The notes under the pieces are model-generated. The model was not told the DNA's origin and searched no databases. It saw nothing but the letters and a program-made list of their open reading frames with translations. A stretch of 64,000 bases of DNA from positions 1 to 64,000 of the IMG/VR virus record IMGVR_UViG_2816332268_000002, one strand, 5' to 3'. Shown piece by piece: positions 26,859-35,419 of this stretch. Origin of the DNA: a virus. Lineage: Duplodnaviria > Caudoviricetes. Positions within the stretch are counted from its first letter, which is position 1. Every line of letters begins with the position of its first letter. The position numbers and the translations under genes were made by a program.

Positions 26859-28415
26859 ATGAGTTACTCGCAAAAGACGCTTCAACGGTTCATCGCTCGA
26901 CGGCACCCGCTGTATGAGGCGATGAAGGCGCATTGGGACTTCCTCGAGGAAACCTACGAGGGCGGTCGCGCCTGGTTCGTCGCGAACTTGCACCGCTACA
27001 TCAAAGAGGGCAAGAAGGAATACGAAGATCGGCTGGCGCGCGCGTATCGGTTCAACCATTCGCGCGAGGTCGTCGACCTGCTCGACAAATACGTGTTCAA
27101 GATGGAGATCCAGCGCAATGAGGACGCGCCGGATTACGTGCAGCGGTTCTGGAAGCGCGCGACGCTGTCGGACCTGCCGATCACGGAATTCATGAAACGC
27201 GTGTCGAACCGGACGTCGACCTTCGGTCGTGTGTGGATCGTGGTCGATTCGACGAAGTCCGACGAGGTGCAGACGATCGCCGACGAGAAGGCGACGGACT
27301 CTCGCGTCTACGCCTACATCATCAAGCCGCAGCACGCGCTGGACATGAGCTTCGACCAGTTCGGGAAGCTGAACTGGATCCTTTTCTACGAGACGGAGCG
27401 CGACGACGGAAACCCGATTACCTCGTCGGGCAACGTCATGGAGCGTTACCGCCTCTGGACGCGCGAAAGCTCGCAGCTGTTCCGCGTCGAATACAAGCGC
27501 GGCAAGCCCATCATCATCGAAGACGCACCCGTGAAGCACGGGCTCGGTGTCGTCCCGGTGTTCTGGGCCGACAACATGATCTCGGACGACGTCTACACGT
27601 CCCCGGCGCTAATCGCCGATGTCGCCTACCTCGACCGTGCGGTCGCGAACTACCTGTCGAACCTCGATGCGGTGATTCAGGACCAGACGTTCAGCCAGCT
27701 CACGATCCCGTCTCAAGCGATCGAGTCGGGCACGGAAGGCTACGACAAGCTGGTCGAAATGGGCACGAAGCGGATCTTCGCCTACGACGGCTCGGGCGGT
27801 GGCAAGCCCGAGTTCATTTCGCCGGACGTGAAGCAGGCAGAGCTGATCCTGCAGGTGGTGTCCAAGATCATCAACGAGATCTACCACTCGGTCGGTCTGG
27901 CCGGCGAGCGCACCAAGCAGGACAACAGCCAAGGCATCGACAACAGTTCGGGCGTTGCGAAGGCATACGACTTCGAGCGCGTGAACTCGCTGCTCGCGGC
28001 GAAGGCCGATGCGCTCGAAGCGGCGGAACGAAAGCTCTGCGAGCTCGCCGCGCGTTGGAACGGCGAACAGATCGACATCGCGCCGAACGCCGCGCAGGTC
28101 GAAGAGCGCCAGATGGTTTCCTACCCGAAGGACTTCGACGTCCGCGGGCTCTACGACGAGTTCGACATCGCGGCACGCCTCTCGCTCATCGAGGCGCCGG
28201 ACAGCGTGCGTCGTCAGCAGATGGAAGCGGTCATTCGCAAGCTGTTCCCGATGATTAAGCAGGATCTCATCGACGCGATGAAGAAGGATTTGAAAAATTG
28301 GCCGCCGGTGGACGCGCTGGCGGCGCCTGGGGCAAGCGCAACCCCGATGGGTAAGGGCGAGCTCCAGAAGACGGCGGGCCGAATCGTATCGAATCAGCTG
28401 GTCAAGTCGTCCTGA
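26859..28415 (+). CDS. Portal protein
   Basis: Position after terL, about 518 aa, HGLGVVPV and SGVAKAYDF motifs. Confidence 0.85.
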   Translation: MSYSQKTLQRFIARRHPLYEAMKAHWDFLEETYEGGRAWFVANLHRYIKEGKKEYEDRLARAYRFNHSREVVDLLDKYVFKMEIQRNEDAPDYVQRFWKRATLSDLPITEFMKRVSNRTSTFGRVWIVVDSTKSDEVQTIADEKATDSRVYAYIIKPQHALDMSFDQFGKLNWILFYETERDDGNPITSSGNVMERYRLWTRESSQLFRVEYKRGKPIIIEDAPVKHGLGVVPVFWADNMISDDVYTSPALIADVAYLDRAVANYLSNLDAVIQDQTFSQLTIPSQAIESGTEGYDKLVEMGTKRIFAYDGSGGGKPEFISPDVKQAELILQVVSKIINEIYHSVGLAGERTKQDNSQGIDNSSGVAKAYDFERVNSLLAAKADALEAAERKLCELAARWNGEQIDIAPNAAQVEERQMVSYPKDFDVRGLYDEFDIAARLSLIEAPDSVRRQQMEAVIRKLFPMIKQDLIDAMKKDLKNWPPVDALAAPGASATPMGKGELQKTAGRIVSNQLVKSS

Positions 28416-28491
28416 GCAGTAAAGCGGGCCGAGTGATAGGTCCATCACACAACCCGACCGAGAGAACGGTCAACGAAAGGCAGGCAAGAAC

Positions 28492-29403
28492 ATGAGTTGG
28501 TTTCTGAAGCAGATGATGGTGCGCGGCGGCTACATGGACGCAGCGGCGGGTGACGGCGGTGACGGCGGCAAGGGCGGCGGTGGCGGCCCGGCTGGCAGCG
28601 GCGGCGCACCCGAAGGCGGCGAAGGCGGTGGCGCGGGCGATGGCGGCGGCAAGAACAAGGGCGGTCAGGGCGGTGAGGGCGGTCAAGGCGACCCGGCCGG
28701 CTCGCGATCGGGCAAGCCGTCGGATGCGGAAGCCGCACTGCTTCGTGAAGTGATGGACAAGAAGGCCAAGCTGAAGGAGACGTCCGACGAACTCGCGCGA
28801 GTGAACGCACGCCTCGCGGAATTCGACGGCCTGGACGCGAAGGAGCTGCGCGAGCTGGTGAAGCAGCGCAAGGACGCGGAGACGGCCCAGCTGGAAGCGA
28901 AGGGCGCATGGGATGCGCTGAAGTCGCAGATGGTCGAGCAACACGGCGCCGAGCTGCGCGCGCGCGATGAAAAGCTGAGCGCCGCCGAGCAGCGCACGCG
29001 CGATCTCGAGGCTCAGATCGCGGAGCTGTCCGTTGGCAACGCGTTCGGCAATTCGAAGTTCATCAACGAAGAGCTGACCCTGTCGCCCGCCAAAGCGCGT
29101 CGCGTCTACGGCGCGCACTTCGAGTTCCAGGATGGCGCGGTTGTGGCATTCGATAAGCCGGCTGGAGCGAAGGACCGCGCGGTGCTCGTCGATTCGAAGG
29201 GCGAGCCGCTGAGCTTCGAAGCCGCGATCGCCAAGCTCGTCGATATCGACCCGGACAAGGATTCGCTGCGAAAGTCGAAGCTGCGCACCGGTGTCGGCTC
29301 GTCGACCGGCGGCAAACAGACGCCGCATGCAGAGCCCGAAACGTCGAAAGTGACCACGGGTCGCTCGAAGATTGCTGCGGGCCTGGCGGCACGCACCAAG
29401 TGA
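28492..29403 (+). CDS. Capsid scaffolding protein
   Basis: Gly-rich N-terminus, coiled coil, precedes MCP. Confidence 0.75.
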   Translation: MSWFLKQMMVRGGYMDAAAGDGGDGGKGGGGGPAGSGGAPEGGEGGGAGDGGGKNKGGQGGEGGQGDPAGSRSGKPSDAEAALLREVMDKKAKLKETSDELARVNARLAEFDGLDAKELRELVKQRKDAETAQLEAKGAWDALKSQMVEQHGAELRARDEKLSAAEQRTRDLEAQIAELSVGNAFGNSKFINEELTLSPAKARRVYGAHFEFQDGAVVAFDKPAGAKDRAVLVDSKGEPLSFEAAIAKLVDIDPDKDSLRKSKLRTGVGSSTGGKQTPHAEPETSKVTTGRSKIAAGLAARTK

Positions 29404-29445
29404 GATCCACCCTGATCTTGTAAACCCAATGGCTTCCTGATAAAG

Positions 29446-29463
29446 TAAGTCACCGATGATTTA
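29446..29463. promoter_or_regulatory. Operator upstream of major capsid gene
   Basis: TAAGTCA-CCGA-TGATTTA overlapping TATCAT -10. Confidence 0.8.
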
Positions 29464-29489
29464 TCATCGTTCTTTTCGAAAGGAAAACT

Positions 29490-30392
29490 ATGCCTCTGTT
29501 GCAAGCAGAAGCCGAGAAGCTGTCGAACAACCAGCTTGTCGCCGGCGTGATCGAGGAAATCATCGAACGCGATGAACTCTTCGCGCTGATCCCCTTCATC
29601 GGCATCAATGGGAAGGCCTACGTCTACGACCGCGAGAACACGCTGCCGACGGCTGACTTCCTGTCGCCGAACGACACCGTGAACGAGGACGCAGGCACGT
29701 TCGACGAAGTCGTGTCGAAGCTGCGCATCCTCGCGGGTGACGTGGACGTCGACAAGTTCCTGCAGGAAACCGATTCGGATACGAACGACCAGCGCGCGAC
29801 GCAGATCGCGATGAAGGCCAAGGCGGTCGGCCGTATCTTCAAGAAGACGATCGCGCAGGGCAACGCGGCGAAGAACCCGAAGGAATTCGACGGCCTGCCG
29901 CAGCTGGTCACCTCGGCGATGACGCTGGACGCTGACACGAACGGTGCGCCGCTGACGCTGTCGATGATGGACGAGTTGGCCGACGCGGTCATCAACGGCG
30001 CCGACGCGTTCGTGATGCGTCCGGGCACGATCCGCGCATACCGCGCGCTGCTCTACGCGACCGGCGGCATCCAGCCGGCGATGGTCGAGATCCCGAATTT
30101 CGGCCAGGCGGTGCTCGCTCACAACGGCATCCCGATCCTGCGTAACGACTGGCTCGCGAACGACGAGACGATGGGCACGAACGCCAAGACGTGTTCGATC
30201 TATGCCGTCCGCCTGAACGAGCTCGACGGGATGCACGGCCTCTGGGGCGGTAAGGACGCGGGCATTCGCGTCGAAGACGTCGGCACGGTGCAGAACAAGG
30301 ACGCCGACCGTATCCGCGTGAAGTGGTATTGCGGCACGGCTCTGAAGTCGACCCGTTCGCTGGCTCGTCTGCGCGGCGTCACCAACATTTAA
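29490..30392 (+). CDS. Major capsid protein (HK97 fold)
   Basis: 300 aa; GDVDVDKF, EFDGL, NGIPI, LARLRGV; strong RBS. Confidence 0.9.
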   Translation: MPLLQAEAEKLSNNQLVAGVIEEIIERDELFALIPFIGINGKAYVYDRENTLPTADFLSPNDTVNEDAGTFDEVVSKLRILAGDVDVDKFLQETDSDTNDQRATQIAMKAKAVGRIFKKTIAQGNAAKNPKEFDGLPQLVTSAMTLDADTNGAPLTLSMMDELADAVINGADAFVMRPGTIRAYRALLYATGGIQPAMVEIPNFGQAVLAHNGIPILRNDWLANDETMGTNAKTCSIYAVRLNELDGMHGLWGGKDAGIRVEDVGTVQNKDADRIRVKWYCGTALKSTRSLARLRGVTNI

Positions 30393-30401
30393 GCCTGTAA
30401 A

Positions 30402-30419
30402 TAAGTCACTAATGATTTA
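30402..30419. promoter_or_regulatory. Operator after MCP, followed by terminator-like hairpin (~30434-30464)
   Basis: TAAGTCA-CTAA-TGATTTA. Confidence 0.8.
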
Positions 30420-30490
30420 AGCAGGTAGAATGCGGGGCATGGGCATGTAGTCCATGCCCCTTTTCCGTTTTGGATAGGGAGTTCCACCAT

Positions 30491-31000
30491 ATGAAGATCC
30501 GCATGGTTCAGGCCGGCTACGAGAGTTTCACCGGCTCGTTTGGCGGCGTTGACTTCGTCGACGGCGAATCGGCGTTTGACGTCGATCGCCGCACCGCCGC
30601 ACGCCTTGCCAACATCGTGAAGATCAAGCGCGAAGACGGATCGAACCCGAGCACGGCGCAACTCGTGCTGGATTCGCAGACCCGGCCGATGGCCGTCATT
30701 CCGACCATCGCGCCGGCAGCAGCACACGTCGAGTATTCGCAGGAATACCTCGAAGGTGTCGCATCGGATCGCGGGATCAAAGGGCTGCGGGAAATCGGCG
30801 ACACGCTGGGCGTGAAGGCGACCGGTATCGGCGAGCTGATCCGTCTCATCCTCGAGAAGCAAGGCGTGAAGGTTGACGTCAATCCGATCCCGCCGGTTGA
30901 TGCGCCGGAAGGCCCGGAGGTTGCGACAAAGGTGACGAAGGCAGCGACCGCGGCAGAAGCCGTTGCGCCGGCCGAAGCGAGCGTCGCCGAGGCGGTGTAA
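30491..31000 (+). CDS. Head-module hypothetical protein
   Basis: GGGAG RBS; GIKGLREIG HeH-like segment. Confidence 0.7.
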   Translation: MKIRMVQAGYESFTGSFGGVDFVDGESAFDVDRRTAARLANIVKIKREDGSNPSTAQLVLDSQTRPMAVIPTIAPAAAHVEYSQEYLEGVASDRGIKGLREIGDTLGVKATGIGELIRLILEKQGVKVDVNPIPPVDAPEGPEVATKVTKAATAAEAVAPAEASVAEAV

Positions 31001-31003
31001 CCC

Positions 31004-31789
31004 ATGAACGTGTATCTCGCCGCGTCGGACGTCACCCTGACGATTCCGTTCGTTGACAGCCTGGGCAACCCGGTTACGCCAACCGCGGTGAGTTACCGCG
31101 TGCTGGATGAAGAGGGCGCTGTCTTGCTCGATGAGACGTCGATCGCGTTTGACTCCATCGTCGAATCGGTGACAGTCACGGTGCCGGCCACCCTCAACGC
31201 GCTGCCCGCCGGGAAGGTGCGCGCGCTGCGTCAGATCGAGCTGCTCATGGACACTGCCGGCGGCCGTGTCCTCATGGATGCGCGATATCTGCTCGAGGGC
31301 ACGGAGCTGCTGATTCCCGGCACCAACTCGTTCCAGACGCTCAACAAGGCCGAGCTCGTCGCGCTCGACATTCCGGGTCTGACCGGCTGGGTGCAGGCAT
31401 CGCGATCCGAGCGCGTCGCCGCCATGATTCAGGCGCGCAACAACCTCGGCCAGATGCAATACCGCTACCGCTGGTCAGAGAACTGGCAGAACTTCATCTT
31501 CCCGGAGTTCGGGATCTACTCGATCGTCCAGTTTTCGCAGGAGCAATACATGTCCCTGCCGATCGACTTCCGTGTCGCGTGCGAGCGCGCGCAGATCATG
31601 GAGGCCGACGATCTGCTGGGAGGCGATCCTGTCCTCGCCAAGCGACTGCAGGGCATTGTCTCCGAGACGATCGGGGACGCCTCCACCACCTTTTCGGCTG
31701 TTCGACCGAACCGCCGACTGATCTGCGACCGCGCCATGAAGGAGCTGTCGCGCTACGTCGTCAAACGCACCCGCCTTTCCCGCTCATGA
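31004..31789 (+). CDS. Head-tail adaptor protein
   Basis: Position; GIVSETIGDASTTF motif. Confidence 0.65.
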   Translation: MNVYLAASDVTLTIPFVDSLGNPVTPTAVSYRVLDEEGAVLLDETSIAFDSIVESVTVTVPATLNALPAGKVRALRQIELLMDTAGGRVLMDARYLLEGTELLIPGTNSFQTLNKAELVALDIPGLTGWVQASRSERVAAMIQARNNLGQMQYRYRWSENWQNFIFPEFGIYSIVQFSQEQYMSLPIDFRVACERAQIMEADDLLGGDPVLAKRLQGIVSETIGDASTTFSAVRPNRRLICDRAMKELSRYVVKRTRLSRS

Positions 31790-32550
31790 AGAACCACATC
31801 ATCGATACGCTGGGCCTGAACGTGGCACGGCACACCACGGGCTTCAACATGGGCCTGACCGGGCTTGCCGCGTCCGTCGTGTATGGTGCCGCGCCGACCG
31901 CGCCCAGCACGCTCTCGCAATACACGCGCGAGGGCCTCAGCGCGCAGGCTGGCTATCTGACCGCCCTGGCGGCGGTGATCGACCTTGCGCTGCGCGACGT
32001 TGTAGCTGCCGCTGCCGAGCACGCCGGCGCCAGCGCGGACACGGGCGCGATCATCGGAAGCGAGTTCGTTCGCCAGGAGCGTGCCGAGCTGCTGGGCGCG
32101 CTGTCCGCTCTCGCGCAGAAGAACGCCGCGACGGCCGCGCGCCGCGTGCGCGACTTCGTGACGCGCGTCGACCTGGCTGTCATGGCCGGCAGGAACACGA
32201 TGTCCGGCGCGCTGGTGGCGGCGCGCATCGTCGAAGGTCAGGCGCCGGTGTCGTTTCGCGTGCTCGACACGCTCGGGCGCAAATGGAAGACGACTGACTA
32301 CGCGGCCGCGCTCGTCAAGGGGGCGATGCAGGGTATCTACGCCAACACGTTCGCGACGATTGCGGCCGAGGCAGGCGTCGATCTTGTCGAGGTGATCTAC
32401 CCGGACGAGGTTCACGACAACCACGGCCTGCTGGTGTCGCTCTCAGGCGCCAAGGGCCGGCTGGGGTTCATGTCGGTGCGCGACGAGATCTTCCATCCGA
32501 ACTCGGAAGCGCAGCTGCGTCCGTATGGGGGCGACGATGTTCCGGCCTAA
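31786..32550 (+). CDS. Virion morphogenesis / minor head protein
   Basis: ATGA coupling; DTLGRKW and FHPNS motifs like gpF/gp7 minor capsid proteins. Confidence 0.6.
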   Translation: MKNHIIDTLGLNVARHTTGFNMGLTGLAASVVYGAAPTAPSTLSQYTREGLSAQAGYLTALAAVIDLALRDVVAAAAEHAGASADTGAIIGSEFVRQERAELLGALSALAQKNAATAARRVRDFVTRVDLAVMAGRNTMSGALVAARIVEGQAPVSFRVLDTLGRKWKTTDYAAALVKGAMQGIYANTFATIAAEAGVDLVEVIYPDEVHDNHGLLVSLSGAKGRLGFMSVRDEIFHPNSEAQLRPYGGDDVPA

Positions 32551-32878
32551 CGCAATCTGCTCGATCTTTCCGCTGCTCGAGCACACCCTCTATGGCGAGT
32601 CGATCGCCGGCAAGCCAGTTCAGGAGGGGTGCAATATCGTGCGCTCGCAGTCGAGTGTGAAACCCACCAACTCGCGGGCGATGATCTCGGGCTCGGGCGA
32701 GCACGCAGAAGACGCCGCGGTCGTCGCGCGCATTCTGGTTGACCGTCGGACGTCGGCAGCGATCGGCGCGAAGCTCACGGCGCGCGACATCACAATTCGC
32801 ATCACGTCGATCGAGCCGAAATACGACACTTTCGGTCGGCTCGACCATCACGTCATCGAGGGCACGCCATGGGTCTAG
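32537..32878 (+). CDS. Head closure protein
   Basis: Size and position in head-tail joining cluster. Confidence 0.55.
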   Translation: MFRPNAICSIFPLLEHTLYGESIAGKPVQEGCNIVRSQSSVKPTNSRAMISGSGEHAEDAAVVARILVDRRTSAAIGAKLTARDITIRITSIEPKYDTFGRLDHHVIEGTPWV

Positions 32879-33330
32879 TCAAAAGCAACTTCAGCACCGA
32901 GCTGCTCGCCGCGCAGCTGGCCCAGCTCGGCGAGCGCTCAAGCCGGAAGATCCTGACCGTCATGCGCGACGAGGCGCAGACGATCGCGCGCCTCGCAAGG
33001 GAGAACGCGCCGCACAAGGATGGCGATCTCGAGGAGGCAATCCACGTTGTCGAGGACCGCGGCGGGATGAACAACCGCACGCAGGTCACGATCGAGGTCG
33101 ATCCGGCAGCAGTCGACGCACACGGCAAGCGGGTCGCCGAATACGCCGCGATCATGCACGAGGGGCTGGCGCCATACGGCACCGGTGCGTTCAAGCTCGA
33201 TGACGGCTCGGTCGCTAAGGACGCCGGCTCGGGCAAAGTTGGCGGCAAGTTCATGGAGCGCGCGGTGCGCTCACGGCTCGGTCCGATGGGAAAGAAGGTC
33301 AAGGCCATCATCGCCGAGGAGGGGCAGTGA
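32869..33330 (+). CDS. HK97 gp10-like neck protein
   Basis: NAP.KDGDL...YAAIMHEG...KFMERA. Confidence 0.75.
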   Translation: MGLVKSNFSTELLAAQLAQLGERSSRKILTVMRDEAQTIARLARENAPHKDGDLEEAIHVVEDRGGMNNRTQVTIEVDPAAVDAHGKRVAEYAAIMHEGLAPYGTGAFKLDDGSVAKDAGSGKVGGKFMERAVRSRLGPMGKKVKAIIAEEGQ

Positions 33331-33710
33331 ATCTGGAAATGTTCGTTCCTAAGCTGGTCGCGGCGGGGCTCGGCAAGCCGGGGGAGAGCATCTTCATCAA
33401 CGAGATGCGTGCAGGCTGCGACGGGATCATGCTCAAGGAGAGCTACAAGGGCACTGCAATCGATCCGAACCTCCCCAAGTTCTATAAGGGCGAGTTTGCG
33501 ATTGTCGTCCGCAAGAGCGGCTACACCACTGCGCGCGCGCTGGCGCACGATGCGATGAATGCGCTGGCGTCAATGCTCGAGGAAACGCTCGAGGATGGGA
33601 CGCAGATTAAACATGTGATTCCGCGTCATCTTCCCATCGGTTATCCGATCCCGCAGTCGGGCCTTCAGGAATTCGTAGTCAACATTGACTGCGCCTATGT
33701 TGTCGGCTAG
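33327..33710 (+). CDS. Tail terminator / tail completion protein
   Basis: Position before the tail tube gene. Confidence 0.6.
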   Translation: MNLEMFVPKLVAAGLGKPGESIFINEMRAGCDGIMLKESYKGTAIDPNLPKFYKGEFAIVVRKSGYTTARALAHDAMNALASMLEETLEDGTQIKHVIPRHLPIGYPIPQSGLQEFVVNIDCAYVVG

Positions 33711-33715
33711 AGTAA

Positions 33716-33733
33716 TAAATAAGCGATGACTTA
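33716..33733. promoter_or_regulatory. Operator upstream of major tail gene
   Basis: TAAATAA-GCGA-TGACTTA overlapping TATCAT. Confidence 0.75.
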
Positions 33734-33763
33734 TCATCGCATCCTTTGCAAAGGAGTTTTTGA

Positions 33764-34609
33764 GTGGCAAGTGATACCAAAAACGTGAAGCTGGGCATCT
33801 GCACCATTTTCTACAAGGGGCAGGATCTCGGCTATACGCAAGGCGGCGTGACGGTCACGGTCCAGACGAACACCCACAAGGTCAACGTCGACCAGTTCGG
33901 CCAGAGCGCCATCAACGAAAACATCATGTCGCGCGATGTCACGGTCAAGGCGCCGCTGGCGGAAACGACGCTGGACAACCTCGTCGCCACGATGCCGGGC
34001 GCAACACTGACCACGACGGGCGGCGCGAAGGCGACGGGCTCGCTGACGGTCACGGCGCTGCCGGCGGCCAACGATACGATCTCTGTCAACGGCACTGTGT
34101 TCACGTTCAAGGCGAACGCAGCGTCGGCGACCGATATCGCGATCGCTGCTTCGACGGCAGCGCAGGCAACTGCGATTGCGACCGCGCTGGCCGCCTCGAC
34201 CGATTCGAAGGTCAAAGGCGCCACCTATACGGCCGCAGGCTCGGTGGTGACGGCGACCGCACAGGCGCAGGATGCCACCGGCAACGCAATCACGCTGGCG
34301 AGCGATGGCGCCGGCGTGACGGTGTCGGGCGCTACGCTCACCGGCGGCGCGGATCCGCAGAAGAGCGTGGTCGTGACGGATGGCGTCGGTCTGGACCTGC
34401 TGAGCCTGGCGGGCGAGCTCCGTCTGCACCCGCAGGCGAAGCCGGCAAACGACTATTCCGAGGACTTCGTTATTCCGCTGGCTGCAACGGCAGGTGGCAT
34501 GAACTACGCGTATCAGGTGGACAAGGAACGCGTGTTCGACACGACGTTCACGGGCTTCCCGGACCCGCTGTCGCGGAAGGTGTTCTCGATCGGCACCGCA
34601 CCCGCGTAA
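33764..34609 (+). CDS. Major tail (tube) protein with internal Ala/Thr-rich insertion
   Basis: DLGYTQGGV...VDQFG...PLAETTLDNL; AAGGAG RBS. Confidence 0.85.
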   Translation: MASDTKNVKLGICTIFYKGQDLGYTQGGVTVTVQTNTHKVNVDQFGQSAINENIMSRDVTVKAPLAETTLDNLVATMPGATLTTTGGAKATGSLTVTALPAANDTISVNGTVFTFKANAASATDIAIAASTAAQATAIATALAASTDSKVKGATYTAAGSVVTATAQAQDATGNAITLASDGAGVTVSGATLTGGADPQKSVVVTDGVGLDLLSLAGELRLHPQAKPANDYSEDFVIPLAATAGGMNYAYQVDKERVFDTTFTGFPDPLSRKVFSIGTAPA

Positions 34610-34626
34610 TAATACGCACCTCACGA

Positions 34627-34644
34627 TAAGTCATTAACGACTTA
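34627..34644. promoter_or_regulatory. Operator upstream of tail chaperone
   Basis: TAAGTCA-TTAA-CGACTTA. Confidence 0.75.
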
Positions 34645-34690
34645 ATGAGCCGGCGCAAGCCGGCTCACCCACATGAAAAAGCGAAAGAGC

Positions 34691-35071
34691 ATGAGCAAAA
34701 ACTCCGCAGTCAAGATTCTCGATCTCGACAACCTGCCGACGAGCCAGCCCCAGCGCCAGATCACTCTGGGCGGCAAGAGCTACGCAGTGCAGGACATGAC
34801 GGTCGAAATGTTTATCGACGCGCAACAGGCCGCCAAACGTCTCGAAGGCGAGACGGACATCCTCAAGCAGCTGGACGAGACGATCGTCGCGATCATGCGC
34901 GCGGTGCCGGACGTGCCCGAAGCTGAGCTGCGAAAGCTGACGTTCGAGAAGCTGTCGGTCGTCGGCGCGTTCATTCGCGGCATGTTCGACCCGGACCAAG
35001 CCGACGTCGAGGCGGCGGTCGCTGCTGCCGCGGCAGAGAGCGGCGAGGGGGCCGGCGACGCAAAAAAGTAA
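34691..35071 (+). CDS. Tail assembly chaperone (gpG-like)
   Basis: Between tube and TMP; ends at slippery A-AAA-AAG. Confidence 0.85.
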   Translation: MSKNSAVKILDLDNLPTSQPQRQITLGGKSYAVQDMTVEMFIDAQQAAKRLEGETDILKQLDETIVAIMRAVPDVPEAELRKLTFEKLSVVGAFIRGMFDPDQADVEAAVAAAAAESGEGAGDAKK

Positions 35072-35412
35072 CTGCCGCTGATGCCGACGGGGAGGTCGAA
35101 ATCGACTTCCCCTTTCTGTTTTCGCGCGTCATGCGGCACTACAGCATGAGCTACAGGGAAGTCATGGTGCTTCCCATTCGCGCTTTCTGGGTGCTCAACC
35201 GCAACATCAATCGGCTGCTCGCGGAAGAAGACCTCCGTGCGTTCATGTTGCATGTATCCCGCCAGGCCGCAGAGCCCGCGCAGGAATACGAAACCAAGCT
35301 CCGAACCGAGATTTTCCCCGATCAGGGCAACGCGACGAACTCGCGCCTGAACGAGAAGCGCGATGACGCCGGCTTCGCAGAGCTAAAGATGATGGCGTCG
35401 CAACAATGGTAG
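35062..35412 (+). CDS. gpT-like extension reached by -1 frameshift
   Basis: A AAA AAG at 35062-35068 just before TAA; the -1 frame is open to 35412. Confidence 0.8.
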   Translation, partial: KKVTAADADGEVEIDFPFLFSRVMRHYSMSYREVMVLPIRAFWVLNRNINRLLAEEDLRAFMLHVSRQAAEPAQEYETKLRTEIFPDQGNATNSRLNEKRDDAGFAELKMMASQQW

Positions 35413-35419
35413 GAAAGGC

